A stretch of DNA of 64,000 nt from assembly GCA_016235455.1 (NCBI GenBank), contig JACRKZ010000031.1, positions 32,001-96,000 on the forward strand, given 5' to 3'. This DNA comes from Armatimonadota bacterium (GTDB taxonomy: Bacteria > Armatimonadota > UBA10988). The notes below the pieces were generated by a model. That model was not told the DNA's origin. It did no database searches and was given only the letters and a program-made list of their open reading frames with translations. Below, piece by piece: positions 35,360 to 45,497 of the stretch (position 1 is the first letter of the stretch; every line of letters begins with the position of its first letter). Both the position numbers and the translations under genes were made by a program.

Positions 35360-38084
35360 ATGCGCTCCTTTCTCGCGCTGCTGATGTTCCTCGCGCTGCT
35401 GCCGGCCTGGTGCCAGGAGCCGACGACGGTCCGCTTCGACACGCCCGAGATGCCGGCTGGCTGGCAGGTGCAGGGCGCTCAGGTCGACCTCGCCCGCTCG
35501 GTGGGCCAGGGCGGCGGATCGCTCAGCGTGCCGCCGGGAGCCAGGGCCACCTGGCGCCTGCGGGCGGCGGATGGTTCGGGCAAGGTCAGCTTCAAGGTCT
35601 ACGAAGACGGCGCCACGCGCGCCGACGAGAAGACGCGCGGCGCGGGCCCGCTCTATGGCATCGTGACCAAGTCCGGGCGCCTTCTGGTGGCGGGCGCCGT
35701 CTATGCGCCGTACCTGGCAGGCAATACGACCTACAGCTTGAGCGAGTATGATCCCACGGCCAAGGAGCAGCCCTACTTCGGGGTCACCTACCTGGGCCAT
35801 CGGCGGACCGTAGGCTGGCACGAATGGGTATTCGACTTCGACGCCGTCAAGGGGCTGCACATCAGCCACAACGGCCAGGATCTGGGCAACCGCTGGAGCT
35901 GGGCGAAGAGTCAGGTGCAGGGCTTCGCCGGGGTCGTGGTGTTGGGCGACACTGGCGGCGACAAGGCACAGACGCTGTGGGTTGACGATGTCGCCGTGAC
36001 GTTGGGACCTGAAGGCACCGTCGATCCCATGACTCAGCTCTGCCCGCCGGCCGATCCGCCAGCCGAGGGGAACGCGCCGAGCATCGTGCCCGCCCTCGAT
36101 GGCAAGCATCCACGGCTGCTGTTCGGGGCCGACGAGGTGGCGGCGCTGCGCGAGTTCGTCAAGACGCCGCGTGGCCGCATCCTGTTTGGCCGGGTGGGCG
36201 AGTACGTCGGCTCGTGCCGCGCGCCGAGCACGCCGGCCTTCCTGACCGACGCCACGGACGGACAGCGCCAGGGCATGTGGCGCATGCCGACCGTCGCACT
36301 GCACTACCTGCTGACCGGTGACAAGGCGTCGCTGGACGCCGCCGTGGGCTACATGAAGCTGCTGCTGGCCTTGGAACAATGGGAGACCGGCGAGCTGGAC
36401 TGCGGCATGAGCTCGGCCAACATCATGATCGGCGCGGCGCTGTGCTATGACTGGCTGTACGACGCCCTGGAGCCCGGCTTCCGCGAGGACTTCAGGCGCA
36501 AGCTGTGGACCATGGCGCGCCGCCAATACTACCTCGGCCACCTGATGCGCTGGGGCGCTGATAACCAGCACTACTGGCAGGGCGACCCGCAGAACAACCA
36601 CCGCTGGCACCGCGATGCCGGCATGTCGTTGGCGCTGTTGGCGGCCTACACCGGCGAACCCGGCCAGAAGTGGATGATGGGCAAACTGGCCGACGAGATG
36701 CGCTACGTGGCCGACTGGTTGCCATCGGACGGCACCAGTCACGAGTCGCCCAGCTACATGGTCTTTGGCGGCGCTCACCTGAGCCTGGCGATGCAGGCCG
36801 TCGACCGTTGCCTGGGCACGACGTACCTGGATCGCCCGTTCTTCGCCAACATCCCCGAGTTCATGCTGCAGACGCTCACGCCGGGCCTGGCGCAATGCTT
36901 CCACTTCGGCGACCAGGGCGGCACGGGCGTCGAGGAGTTCAACTACGACGTGTTCGAGATGCTGGCGGTAGGGCAGCATCGGCGGGGCGCTGGTGGACGA
37001 CCGGCTGGAGCACCGCGGCGTTGGGGCGCAGATCGCCTGGCTGGGTCTGCTGTGGTATCCGCGCGCACTGGCGGCCAAACCCGGCGCCGCGCCGACACAA
37101 GCCTTCTTTGCCGACCTCGGCGTGCAGTTCGTGCGTGACCAGTGGGCGGCCGGCGGGCGAGGCGCCATGTTCAAGTGCGGGCCGCTGGGTGGCTATCTGC
37201 TCAACACCTACCGTGCGCGCCACGGCATGGGCTACGTGAACGTGGCCCATGACGACCCCGACGCCAACAGCTTCATGTTGTTCGGCGGCGGCGAGTTCCT
37301 GGCAGAGAGCGACCGCTACTCGGGTCAGAAGCGTTCGGCCAACCTCAACACGATCCTGGTCAACGGCGTGGGCCAGACTGTGCCGGGCCGCGACGAAGGC
37401 GGCACCTGGAGCCAGCCTGGCGGCGACATGAGCCGCATGGCCGTCGTCTGCGGGCGGGCCGTCAACGGCCGCCATCTGGGCATCGAGGGCGAGGCGTCCG
37501 GCGCCTACGCACCCAACCCGCGCGGGGTCAGGCGGCCGGCGCTCGACCGCTACCGCCGCGCGCTGCTGTGGGCCGAGGGCCGCTACCTGCTGGTGCTCGA
37601 CGACATCCGCGCGCCGTCGGCCGTGGACGTCGACTGGTTGCTACAGAGCGGGCAGGTGCGGGTTGGTGCCGACCAGCGCTACGAGTTGGTCAAGGGCGCG
37701 GCCACCTGCCCGCTGCAGGTGGCAGCAACGGCGCCGTTGGCGGCCAGTGTCGTCGACTCGCCGGCGGACAACAAGACCAAGCCGCTGGGCTGGAAGCAGC
37801 TTCGCCTGCGCGCCAACACGACCGCGCTGCGGTTGGCCAGCGTGTATGACCTGTGGGCGCGCGGCGGTCTGACGGTCACACTCACCGCTGACGGCGCCGA
37901 CCACGCCGTGGTGACCGTCCGGGGCGACGGCGGCATCGCCGACCGCTGGGACTGGGCGGCTGGCGCGGGTCGGCTCGATCCGTCGCGCATCGTCGGCCAG
38001 GACGGGGCAGGCCAGCCGCTGCTGACGATGGGCGAGGCAGAGCCGCAGACGCTCGCCCTGCTCGCTGCTGTCGCCGCGAAGTAG
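35360..38084 (+). pseudogene. frameshifted secreted DUF4962/heparinase II/III-like (alpha/alpha toroid + beta-sandwich) protein, split into ORFs 35360-37138 and 36993-38084
   Basis: Signal peptide; HPRLLF, ALCYDWLY, QNNHRW, DGTSHESPSY, FHFGD in the first frame; MFKCGP, AHDDPDANSF, NTILVNGVGQ, LLVLDDI in the second. The first frame turns non-coding-like after ~36985. Confidence 0.7.
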
Positions 38085-38175
38085 CGCTCGCCCCACGCCA
38101 CAGCCAGCGCAGTTGGCCACGCCCTTCGCCGCGAGTCACGGCGCCGTTGACCCGCTCGCCTCGCCGTGATACAAG

Positions 38176-38322
38176 ACTCCGCACATGGGAAGCTGGTGAG
38201 ACTCCAGCACGGCCCCGCCACCGTAACCGGGGACGGCCGTCGCCCAGCGTGCCACTGACTCAGTCGAGTTGGGAAGGCCGCGGCGGCCGATCGATCCGGG
38301 AGTCGGGATACCAAGCGGCCCA
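38176..38322 (+). ncRNA. cobalamin (B12) riboswitch
   Basis: GGGAAGCTGGTGAGACTCCAGCACGGCCCCGCCACCGTAA, GCCACTG...GGGAAGG and B12-box-like GAGTCGGGATACC, directly upstream of cobU. Confidence 0.88.
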
Positions 38323-38398
38323 CCACGGGGCGCCTTCGAGGGAAGGTACATCACGATGCGCGGTCTTCTTGACCCTACGGTCGAGCGGGTGGCTCGGC

Positions 38399-38947
38399 AT
38401 GGCTGAAGTCATCCTCGTCACCGGCGGCGCGCGCGGCGGCAAGAGTGGCTACGCCCAGCAGTGGGCGGAGTCGCTGCCCGGCGCGCGCGCCATCATCGCC
38501 ACCTGCCCGGTGCTCGACGGCGAGATGGCGGCTCGTGTGGCGCGGCATCAGGCCGACCGCGCCGGCCGTGGCTGGCGGACCGTCGAAGAGCCGTTGGACC
38601 TGGCGCGCGCATTGGCCGAGCTGGCCGACACGCCGGTGGTGCTCATCGACTGCCTCACCCTCTGGGTCAACAACCTGCTGCACCGAGCCGGCGAGGCCGG
38701 CCTCATGTTCGGTGAGGACGAGGTGGTGCCGGAGACCGACCGGCTCACCGCGGCGTTGGCGGCGCATCCCGGCACGGTCATCCTGGTCAGCGGTGAGGTA
38801 GGCTGGGGCATAGTGCCGGCGAACGAGCTGGCGCGGCGCTTCCGCGATGTGGCCGGCCGCGTCAACCAGCGCGTGGCGGCGGCGGCCGACCGCGTCGTGC
38901 TGATGGTCAGCGGGCTTCCCATGGCAGTCAAAGGCGGCTTGCCCTGA
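38399..38947 (+). CDS. cobU: bifunctional adenosylcobinamide kinase / adenosylcobinamide-phosphate guanylyltransferase
   Basis: LVTGGARGGKS, RVARHQ..R...W.TVEEP, LIDCLTLWVNN, EVGWGIVP, FRDVAGRVNQ. Confidence 0.93.
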   Translation: MAEVILVTGGARGGKSGYAQQWAESLPGARAIIATCPVLDGEMAARVARHQADRAGRGWRTVEEPLDLARALAELADTPVVLIDCLTLWVNNLLHRAGEAGLMFGEDEVVPETDRLTAALAAHPGTVILVSGEVGWGIVPANELARRFRDVAGRVNQRVAAAADRVVLMVSGLPMAVKGGLP

Positions 38948-38977
38948 GTGGCGGGCCTCGTGTCGAAAGGACCAACC

Positions 38978-40036
38978 GTGGGGTACGACTCGCTGATCGG
39001 GACCATCGCTCCGCTGCACGCTCCCGCCATGGCCGCGGCGCGCGCGCGCCAGGATACGCTGACCAAGCCGCCGGGCAGCCTCGGACGGCTGGAGGAGCTT
39101 AGCATCCATCTCGCGGGCATGAGCGGCCTATGCCCGCCACCCGTGCCTCAGACACCGTGTGTCATGGTCTTCGCTGGCGACCACGGTGTCTGTGCCCAGG
39201 GCATCAGCGCCTTCCCCGCCGAGGTGACGCCGCAGATGGTGCTCAACTTCCTGGCGGGTGGTGCCGCCATCAATGTACTCGCGCGCCAGGCCGGTGCCAG
39301 GGTCGTGGTCGTCGATGCCGGCGTGGCCAGTGACCTGCCGGCGGCCGAAGGCCTGATCAGCGGCGAGATAGCGCCGGGCACGGCCGACATGAGCCAGGGC
39401 CCGGCCATGACCCGGGAGCAGGCTGTCGCAGCGCTGGAGCTGGGCATTCGTGTGGCCAGCGACCAGATCGCCGCCGGCGCCGACCTGCTGGCCTGCGGCG
39501 ACATGGGCATCGGCAACACAACGCCCTCGGCGGCCATCACGGCGGTGGTCACCGGCCGCTCGCCGGCCGAGGTGACTGGGCCGGGCACCGGCCTGCCCTC
39601 CGACCGTGTGCGCCACAAGACCCAGGTCATCGAGCAGGCCATCGCCCGCAACCAGCCACGGCGCGACGACGCCATCGGGTTGCTCGCGGCGGTGGGCGGC
39701 TTCGAGATCGGCGCCATCGCCGGCGCCATGCTGGCCGCCGCCGCGGCGCGCGTGCCCATGGTGGTCGACGGCTTCATCAGCACCGCCGGCGCGCTCATCG
39801 CCTACGTGCTGGCTCCAGCCGTGCAGCCTTTCCTGATCGCCGGCCATCGCAGCCAGGAGCCGGGTCACGACGCCGCCTTGGCGCATCTGGGCTTGAGCCC
39901 GCTGCTCGACTTGCGCCTGCGGCTGGGCGAGGGCACTGGCGCGGTGCTGGCTTTCCCGCTGGTGCAGGCGGCGGCCCGCATCGCGGATGAGATGGCCACC
40001 TTTGGCGAAGCGGGAGTGTCAGGCGCCGATGCGTGA
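38978..40036 (+). CDS. cobT: nicotinate-nucleotide--dimethylbenzimidazole phosphoribosyltransferase
   Basis: LTKPPGSLGRLE, FAGDHGV, GDMGIGNTT, VDGFI, LRLGEGTGA; GTG start with AAAGGA RBS. Confidence 0.95.
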   Translation: MGYDSLIGTIAPLHAPAMAAARARQDTLTKPPGSLGRLEELSIHLAGMSGLCPPPVPQTPCVMVFAGDHGVCAQGISAFPAEVTPQMVLNFLAGGAAINVLARQAGARVVVVDAGVASDLPAAEGLISGEIAPGTADMSQGPAMTREQAVAALELGIRVASDQIAAGADLLACGDMGIGNTTPSAAITAVVTGRSPAEVTGPGTGLPSDRVRHKTQVIEQAIARNQPRRDDAIGLLAAVGGFEIGAIAGAMLAAAAARVPMVVDGFISTAGALIAYVLAPAVQPFLIAGHRSQEPGHDAALAHLGLSPLLDLRLRLGEGTGAVLAFPLVQAAARIADEMATFGEAGVSGADA

Positions 40037-40745
40037 TCTGCGACGGGCGATAGCGCTGCTGACCATCGTGCCCGCCGACTTCGCGCCGGACGACCCGGCG
40101 CCGGTCGGCCGCGCCATGGCCTGGTACCCACTGGTTGGCCTGGGGCTCGGGCTGTGCCTGGGGGCCGCATGGTGGGCGCTGGGCGCGGCGAGCGAGGTGC
40201 TGCGAGCGGCACTCGTGGTGACGCTGTGGGCCGTACTGACTGGTGGCCTGCACCTCGACGGCTGGAGCGACTGCTGCGATGCGCTACTGGCCACCACGAC
40301 GCGCGAGCGCCGGCTGGAGATTCTGCGCGATCCGCGGCTGGGCGCGTTCGGCGCCACGGGGCTGGGCTTGCTGCTGCTGGTCAAGACCGCCGCGGTGGCC
40401 AGCTTGAGCGGCCCAAGTGCGTTGCTGCTGGCGCCGGCCTTGGCGCGGTGGGTGCTGGTGCTGGTGGCCAGGCGCTGGCCCTCGGCGCGGCCGGGTGGCA
40501 TGGGCGATACGTTCCGGGCCGGGCTGGGCGCGCGAGAGATCGCGCTCGCCAGTGCGACCGTCTGGGTGGCGGTAGCGCTGCTCGGCGGCTTGCCGGCGCT
40601 AGGCGTGGTCTTTGTTGCCGCCGGGGCCCTGGGTTCGTTCGCGGCGAGTCGGCTGGGCGGCGTCACAGGCGACGTCTACGGCGCCGTAGTCGAGTCCGGC
40701 GAGGCCGCGGCGCTGGTCGTCGCGGCGCTGATGGGGCATCTGTGA
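40029..40745 (+). CDS. cobS: adenosylcobinamide-GDP ribazoletransferase (cobalamin synthase)
   Basis: TGGLHLDG..D..D, ILRDPRLGAFG, GGVTGDVYGA..E. Confidence 0.93.
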   Translation: MRDLRRAIALLTIVPADFAPDDPAPVGRAMAWYPLVGLGLGLCLGAAWWALGAASEVLRAALVVTLWAVLTGGLHLDGWSDCCDALLATTTRERRLEILRDPRLGAFGATGLGLLLLVKTAAVASLSGPSALLLAPALARWVLVLVARRWPSARPGGMGDTFRAGLGAREIALASATVWVAVALLGGLPALGVVFVAAGALGSFAASRLGGVTGDVYGAVVESGEAAALVVAALMGHL

Positions 40746-41488
40746 TGCGACTCGGCACCACGTCGTACATCATCCCCGCGGACATACTGCCCAACGTGGA
40801 GTACCTGGCCGATCGGGTGGACGACATCGAGCTCGTGCTGTTTGAGGTCGATAGCGACGGCGGCAATCTGCCCGACGCGGCGACCATCGCGCGGCTGGCC
40901 GAGCTGGCGGCGGAGCACGACCTGACCTACACGGTGCACCTGCCGCTCGATCTGCGCCTGGCCGCCGACGGCAGTGCGGCCTCGCGTTCGCTCGACGCGG
41001 CGCGGCGGGTGTTCGAGGTGGCCGCGCCACTGGACCCATACGCCTGGGTGCTGCACCTGGACGGGCAGGATCTGGACGACGCCGCAGCCTGGCGGCGGCG
41101 CGCGCGGCGGTCGCTGGAACTGGCCGGCGAGCTGTGCGGCGGGCTGGAGCGGCTGGCCGTGGAGAACCTGGAGCGGTGGGACCCGGCCCACTTCGCGCCG
41201 CTGCTCGATGAGCTGCCGGTGAGCCGCTGTGTCGATGTGGGCCACCTCTGGCTCGAAGGCCACGACCCGCTGGCTTACCTGGATGCCTGGCTGCCGCGCG
41301 CGCGGGTGGTGCATGTGCACGGCATCGGCGAACGCGACCACCAGTCGCTGGCGCTCCTGCCGCCCGAACGGCTGCGCCCCGTCGTCGAGCGACTGGCGGC
41401 GTTCGACGGCGTGGTCACGCTGGAGGTCTTTGGCCAGGACGACTTCGAGTCGTCGTTGGCCGCATGGCAAACAGCCGCGCTCGGCTGA
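40745..41488 (+). CDS. cbiR: cobamide remodeling phosphodiesterase CbiR (AP endonuclease 2 / xylose isomerase-like TIM barrel)
   Basis: RLGTTSYI.PA....NV..L...VDDIELVLFE, YTVHLPLD, AVEN, CVDVGHL, HVHG...RDH.SL, VTLEVF; translationally coupled to cobS. Confidence 0.75.
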   Translation: MRLGTTSYIIPADILPNVEYLADRVDDIELVLFEVDSDGGNLPDAATIARLAELAAEHDLTYTVHLPLDLRLAADGSAASRSLDAARRVFEVAAPLDPYAWVLHLDGQDLDDAAAWRRRARRSLELAGELCGGLERLAVENLERWDPAHFAPLLDELPVSRCVDVGHLWLEGHDPLAYLDAWLPRARVVHVHGIGERDHQSLALLPPERLRPVVERLAAFDGVVTLEVFGQDDFESSLAAWQTAALG

Positions 41489-41507
41489 GCCCCATGCTTA
41501 CCTTGCC

Positions 41508-43640
41508 TCAGCACGCCTCGAACACCACCACCTCGGAGCTAATCGGCCGGGCCAGGCGCACGGCAACGCCGTCCGCCACCAGCGCCGCGCCGTCGCGGAC
41601 GAAGCTCTGGCCGCTGTTGTCCAGCGTGACGCGGTAGGCGCGGCTCAGATCGAGCCCGCGTGGCCGTAGCACCCAGGCGTCCTCGGCCGGGCCGCCCAGG
41701 CGGAACAGACCCGCCACCGCCGTGGTGCGGTCGGCTGCCACCATCTCCCACACGGCCCAGCCGCGCGGCTCCTTACCGGCCAGCACGGGCGTGTGGTGAT
41801 AGGTGCGGCAGTCGGGCAGCAGCGGCCGAATGACCCGCTTGTAGAGCGCTACATGGTGCTTCACGCGGGCCAACTGCGCCGCATTGTGCCGTTCGGCGTC
41901 GGGTGCCAGACCGATCAGGCACAGGTGGCCGAAGAAGCAGCCACGGATCGTGGTGTCCAGGTCGCCGCGGATATGCCCGTTCATGCCCACGCCGGCCTTG
42001 AGTTCCAGGCGCTCGGGCGGCAGCGCGATGGACAGGCCATTGAAGATGCGGGCCAGCCGAGGCTGGACGAACCAGTCGCTGACCTGCGTATGATGGAAGG
42101 CGCCGAGCATGGCCAGGTTGGCGCGACTGCCGCCGCCGGCGCAGTTCTCCATGATCATCTGCGGGTAGCGCGCCGCCAGGCGCCGGTACAGGCCGTCGAT
42201 GGCCTGGTAGTAGCGCCAGAGATGGTTTTCGTGGTAGCCCGCGCGCTGGGTCTGGCAGCCTTCGTAGGTCTCCGTGTTGTAGTCCAGGCGGAACAGATCG
42301 AGCTGGTAGCGGTCGATGACGCGACACAGCGTCTCCTCCAGCCAGGCCAGCGCGGCGGGGTTGGTCAGGTCCATATCGCCCCAGTCGGCCGGCCGGCCGA
42401 AGGTGGTGGCCAGCCACTCGGGATGCTCCAGCGCCGCGGCGCTCTCGCGGCCCAGACGCTCGCAGTCGAACCACAGCCCGCACCGCAAGCCGCGGGCTCG
42501 CGCGCGCTCGAAGACCGGCTCAAGCCCGTTAGGCAAGCGATCGCCGCAGCGCCAGTCGCCCACCTTGAGCCACCAGTTGCTGCCCTGGTCGCCGAACCAG
42601 CCGGCGTCCACGATAAGCACCTCGGCACCGACCTCGGCAGCTAGGTCGACATCGTGGAGCAATCCCGACTCGGTCAGTTCGTGCTCGACATACCCCCAGT
42701 GGTTGTAGCTGACCAGCGCCTCACACCCAGGCACCGTCGGTCGCAGCACGCTCCGGCGCAGGTGCGTGTGCCAGGCCTGGATGGCCGCGTCGAAGTCGAG
42801 TTGGAGCAACCCCAGATGCACGGCCGGCGTGTCGACCGTCTCGCCGGGGGCCAGCACGCGCTGCGGCGCCGGAGCCGTGGGGCCGAGGCGCACATGCAGC
42901 CAGGCGTCGGTGGTGGACAGGTATTCGGCGGTCAGCTCGATGGCCCAGTTGCCGCTCCAGGCCAGCCCGGCGACGAAATGCTCGCCGGTGGCCTCGTTCG
43001 CCACGATGAAGAACGGCTGCCCGCAGCCCGACTTGCCGGTACGGCTCTCCAGCCTGACCGGGGTACTGGGCAGCGGCAGCCATTCGAATGCGCCCTCGTT
43101 CAGGTGCACCTTCTCAGCGAAGTAGCCCAGCCGGAACGGCGACTGGCCGGGCTCGAGCAGCGGCCGCCAGTCGCCCTGCTGGCCGAGGCGCAAGGCGATG
43201 CCGGCATAGGGCCACACCGCGCCCAACGCCGCCGGCGCGTCGCTCGTGTTGGTGATGCTCAGCCAGCGTGTCAGGAGACCTGTGCCATCGACTTCGGTGT
43301 GCAGGCTGATGGTGATTGGCCGGAGCGTGCTGCGCAGCTCCACCGTGCCGCGGCCTGGGCCGTCGTCGTGGTACCCGACGAACTCCCAGCCGAAGTGCAG
43401 GGACTGGCCATCGACCTCCAGCCCGAACGCGGCCAGGTCGAGCCCGGCGGTGGTGCGCGGCACATGAGCGGCCTCGGGTATCCAGCCCAGCAGGCGTTCG
43501 GGCTCGACATACCCGGCGCCCTGCCAGTAGCGGCCCACCCAGCGGCCGTCGATCAGCGCCTCGTCGTGCAGGGTCAGCCCGGAGGTGCAGAGCAGGCCAG
43601 GGCTGGGCTCGGTGCGGAACAGGAGCGTGGCGTCGTCCAT
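41508..43640 (-). CDS. alpha-galactosidase (GH36)
   Basis: LAWSGNW, YNHW, IVDAGWFG, GDW, GLWFDCE, RLDYN, ENCAGGGSR, VSD; ATG at 43640. Confidence 0.88.
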   Translation of the reverse strand: MDDATLLFRTEPSPGLLCTSGLTLHDEALIDGRWVGRYWQGAGYVEPERLLGWIPEAAHVPRTTAGLDLAAFGLEVDGQSLHFGWEFVGYHDDGPGRGTVELRSTLRPITISLHTEVDGTGLLTRWLSITNTSDAPAALGAVWPYAGIALRLGQQGDWRPLLEPGQSPFRLGYFAEKVHLNEGAFEWLPLPSTPVRLESRTGKSGCGQPFFIVANEATGEHFVAGLAWSGNWAIELTAEYLSTTDAWLHVRLGPTAPAPQRVLAPGETVDTPAVHLGLLQLDFDAAIQAWHTHLRRSVLRPTVPGCEALVSYNHWGYVEHELTESGLLHDVDLAAEVGAEVLIVDAGWFGDQGSNWWLKVGDWRCGDRLPNGLEPVFERARARGLRCGLWFDCERLGRESAAALEHPEWLATTFGRPADWGDMDLTNPAALAWLEETLCRVIDRYQLDLFRLDYNTETYEGCQTQRAGYHENHLWRYYQAIDGLYRRLAARYPQMIMENCAGGGSRANLAMLGAFHHTQVSDWFVQPRLARIFNGLSIALPPERLELKAGVGMNGHIRGDLDTTIRGCFFGHLCLIGLAPDAERHNAAQLARVKHHVALYKRVIRPLLPDCRTYHHTPVLAGKEPRGWAVWEMVAADRTTAVAGLFRLGGPAEDAWVLRPRGLDLSRAYRVTLDNSGQSFVRDGAALVADGVAVRLARPISSEVVVFEAC

Positions 43641-43644
43641 GGGG

Positions 43645-45477
43645 CTATCCCTCGCGGTAGTCGGGCGGCGTGGCGACGGATTCGTCCACCTTCTCGCGCC
43701 AGTCGCCACGCCAGGTGCGCGTCGTGCCCTGCTGGTCGGCGAAGCGCACCCAGACATCCCGACCTTGCAGGCCTGCCAAGCCAGCCGGCAGTTGCCAGGC
43801 GTCGTGGAAATACGAGCGGCCGTTGCGCAGTTCGACACGGTAGGCGGCGCTACGGCGGCCGCCCTGGTCAAACCACAAGCGCAGCGTGGCCGGCTGGCCA
43901 TCCAGCGCCGGCCAAGCGGCCCACACCTCGATCCACGGCTGGCCGGCGTAGGTGCGCAGCTTGGCGAAGACGAGCGGCTTCTGGTCGTAGCGCTCGCCGT
44001 CGGGCAGGTTGCGGTCGACCAGCGGTAGGCGGAACCAGCACCACTGGAAGTCGCCCTGGTGCAGCGGCTCGAAGGCGCTGTAGCGGTGCGCGGCCTTGAC
44101 CACGGCCTCGACCACGCCGTAGGCGCCATACTTCCAGCACTGGCTCTGGTCGGCGCCCGGCTTGCCCGGCACGACGTTCATGTCCGAGGTCCACACCACC
44201 AGGTCGTCGGTGGTGAACAGGTCGAGCCCGCAGAGCATCTCCAGCTCCCAGAACGGGATGGGCCGGTCGTTCTGCGCGATCTCCTCGAGGCCCTCGTTGG
44301 TGTAGCGCGTCCAGGCGCCGACACGCGTCTTCTCCAAGCCGGGGCGGCGCTGCGTGCTCGAACTCGGGTAATCGCCGGCCCGCCGGTGCTGCATCAGGTA
44401 CATACGTTGGGCCTGAACGTACAGGTCGCGCAAGGTGTGCTCAGCTTCGCCCTTCTCCAGCCGCAAGTCCTGGCCATAGGCTCGGGTGGCGCCCAGTTCA
44501 CTGTAGACCGGCTTGCCGTCGACCAGCACCAGCTTGCCGTCGACCAGCACCAGCTTGCCGTCGGCAACGCGCTGGTAGAAGGGCTCGTTGCCCCAGATCG
44601 CGCGCAGATAGCCGTCGCTGCTGAGCGTGCCCGAGCAGTCATTGACAATGCGCAGCGTCGGGTCGCTGCCGGCCAGGAAGTCCTTCTCGGGCAGCAGGTA
44701 GGCCGGCAGACCGGTCTCCTTCTGGCGTTCCGACTCCCAGTAGGCGCCGACGCTGAACGTCCACTGCCCATAGGTCACGGGCACAATTGGCGCGCCGGCC
44801 TTGGCGGCCGCCTCGGCATAGCCCTGATAGAGCCAGCCGAAGACATTGCGCTGATGCTCCCAGCCTTCGGTGCACTCGATATCGATCATGCAGTACTTGG
44901 CGCCACGGCCATGGCTGTCGAGCGAGTGCGACTCGCCCTCGAAGCAGGCCGCGCCGAGCGCCCTGAAGGCGGCCTCATCGGGCACCATCCGATGGTCGAC
45001 GCCGAACTTGCGCAGCACGGCGACGCGCGGGTCGGCTGGGTCGGCGGCGGCCAGCTTGTCGGCCAGGCGCACGGCATAGCCCCACCACATCGGGTCGCAC
45101 ATGAGCTGCCACTTGCGCTCATAGGGCTGCAACGACAGGCTGACCGGCCCTTCGCGGTAACGTGGCATGGCCATGACCGAGGTGATGCCGTGGCTGAAGT
45201 GGCCGTTGGCGGCGTCGCTGTCGTACCACGGTCCACCCAGGTGGATCCGGCAGCTCTCGAGTCGGAACTCGGGGAAGCGCGAGAACAGCGCCGCCGTTCG
45301 CGCTGTCTGCTCAGCGAACGGGTAGTCCAACCCGCCGGGCCGCGGCGCGGCGCGGCGCTCGAAGCGCAGCACCGGCGCCTGCTGGGTGACGAACGGCCGG
45401 CCCTCGTAGTCGGCGGTCGGCTGCTGGGCCGAGACACCGCCGAGGCTGACGAGCAAGGCTATCCATGTCAGGCGCAT
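43645..45477 (-). CDS. secreted hypothetical protein (possible divergent TIM-barrel glycoside hydrolase)
   Basis: Signal peptide MRLTWIALLVSLGGVSA|Q with GGAGGTGAG RBS. The longer ORF in the track is an off-frame overlap with the DUF4838 gene. Confidence 0.7.
   Translation of the reverse strand: MRLTWIALLVSLGGVSAQQPTADYEGRPFVTQQAPVLRFERRAAPRPGGLDYPFAEQTARTAALFSRFPEFRLESCRIHLGGPWYDSDAANGHFSHGITSVMAMPRYREGPVSLSLQPYERKWQLMCDPMWWGYAVRLADKLAAADPADPRVAVLRKFGVDHRMVPDEAAFRALGAACFEGESHSLDSHGRGAKYCMIDIECTEGWEHQRNVFGWLYQGYAEAAAKAGAPIVPVTYGQWTFSVGAYWESERQKETGLPAYLLPEKDFLAGSDPTLRIVNDCSGTLSSDGYLRAIWGNEPFYQRVADGKLVLVDGKLVLVDGKPVYSELGATRAYGQDLRLEKGEAEHTLRDLYVQAQRMYLMQHRRAGDYPSSSTQRRPGLEKTRVGAWTRYTNEGLEEIAQNDRPIPFWELEMLCGLDLFTTDDLVVWTSDMNVVPGKPGADQSQCWKYGAYGVVEAVVKAAHRYSAFEPLHQGDFQWCWFRLPLVDRNLPDGERYDQKPLVFAKLRTYAGQPWIEVWAAWPALDGQPATLRLWFDQGGRRSAAYRVELRNGRSYFHDAWQLPAGLAGLQGRDVWVRFADQQGTTRTWRGDWREKVDESVATPPDYREG
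44511..44563. repeat. 21-bp tandem repeat (2.5 copies) encoding DGKLVLV
   Basis: GCTTGCCGTCGACCAGCACCA x2 plus GCTTGCCGTCG. Confidence 0.85.
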
Positions 45478-45497
45478 CCCGCTCACCTCCTCCGCGC

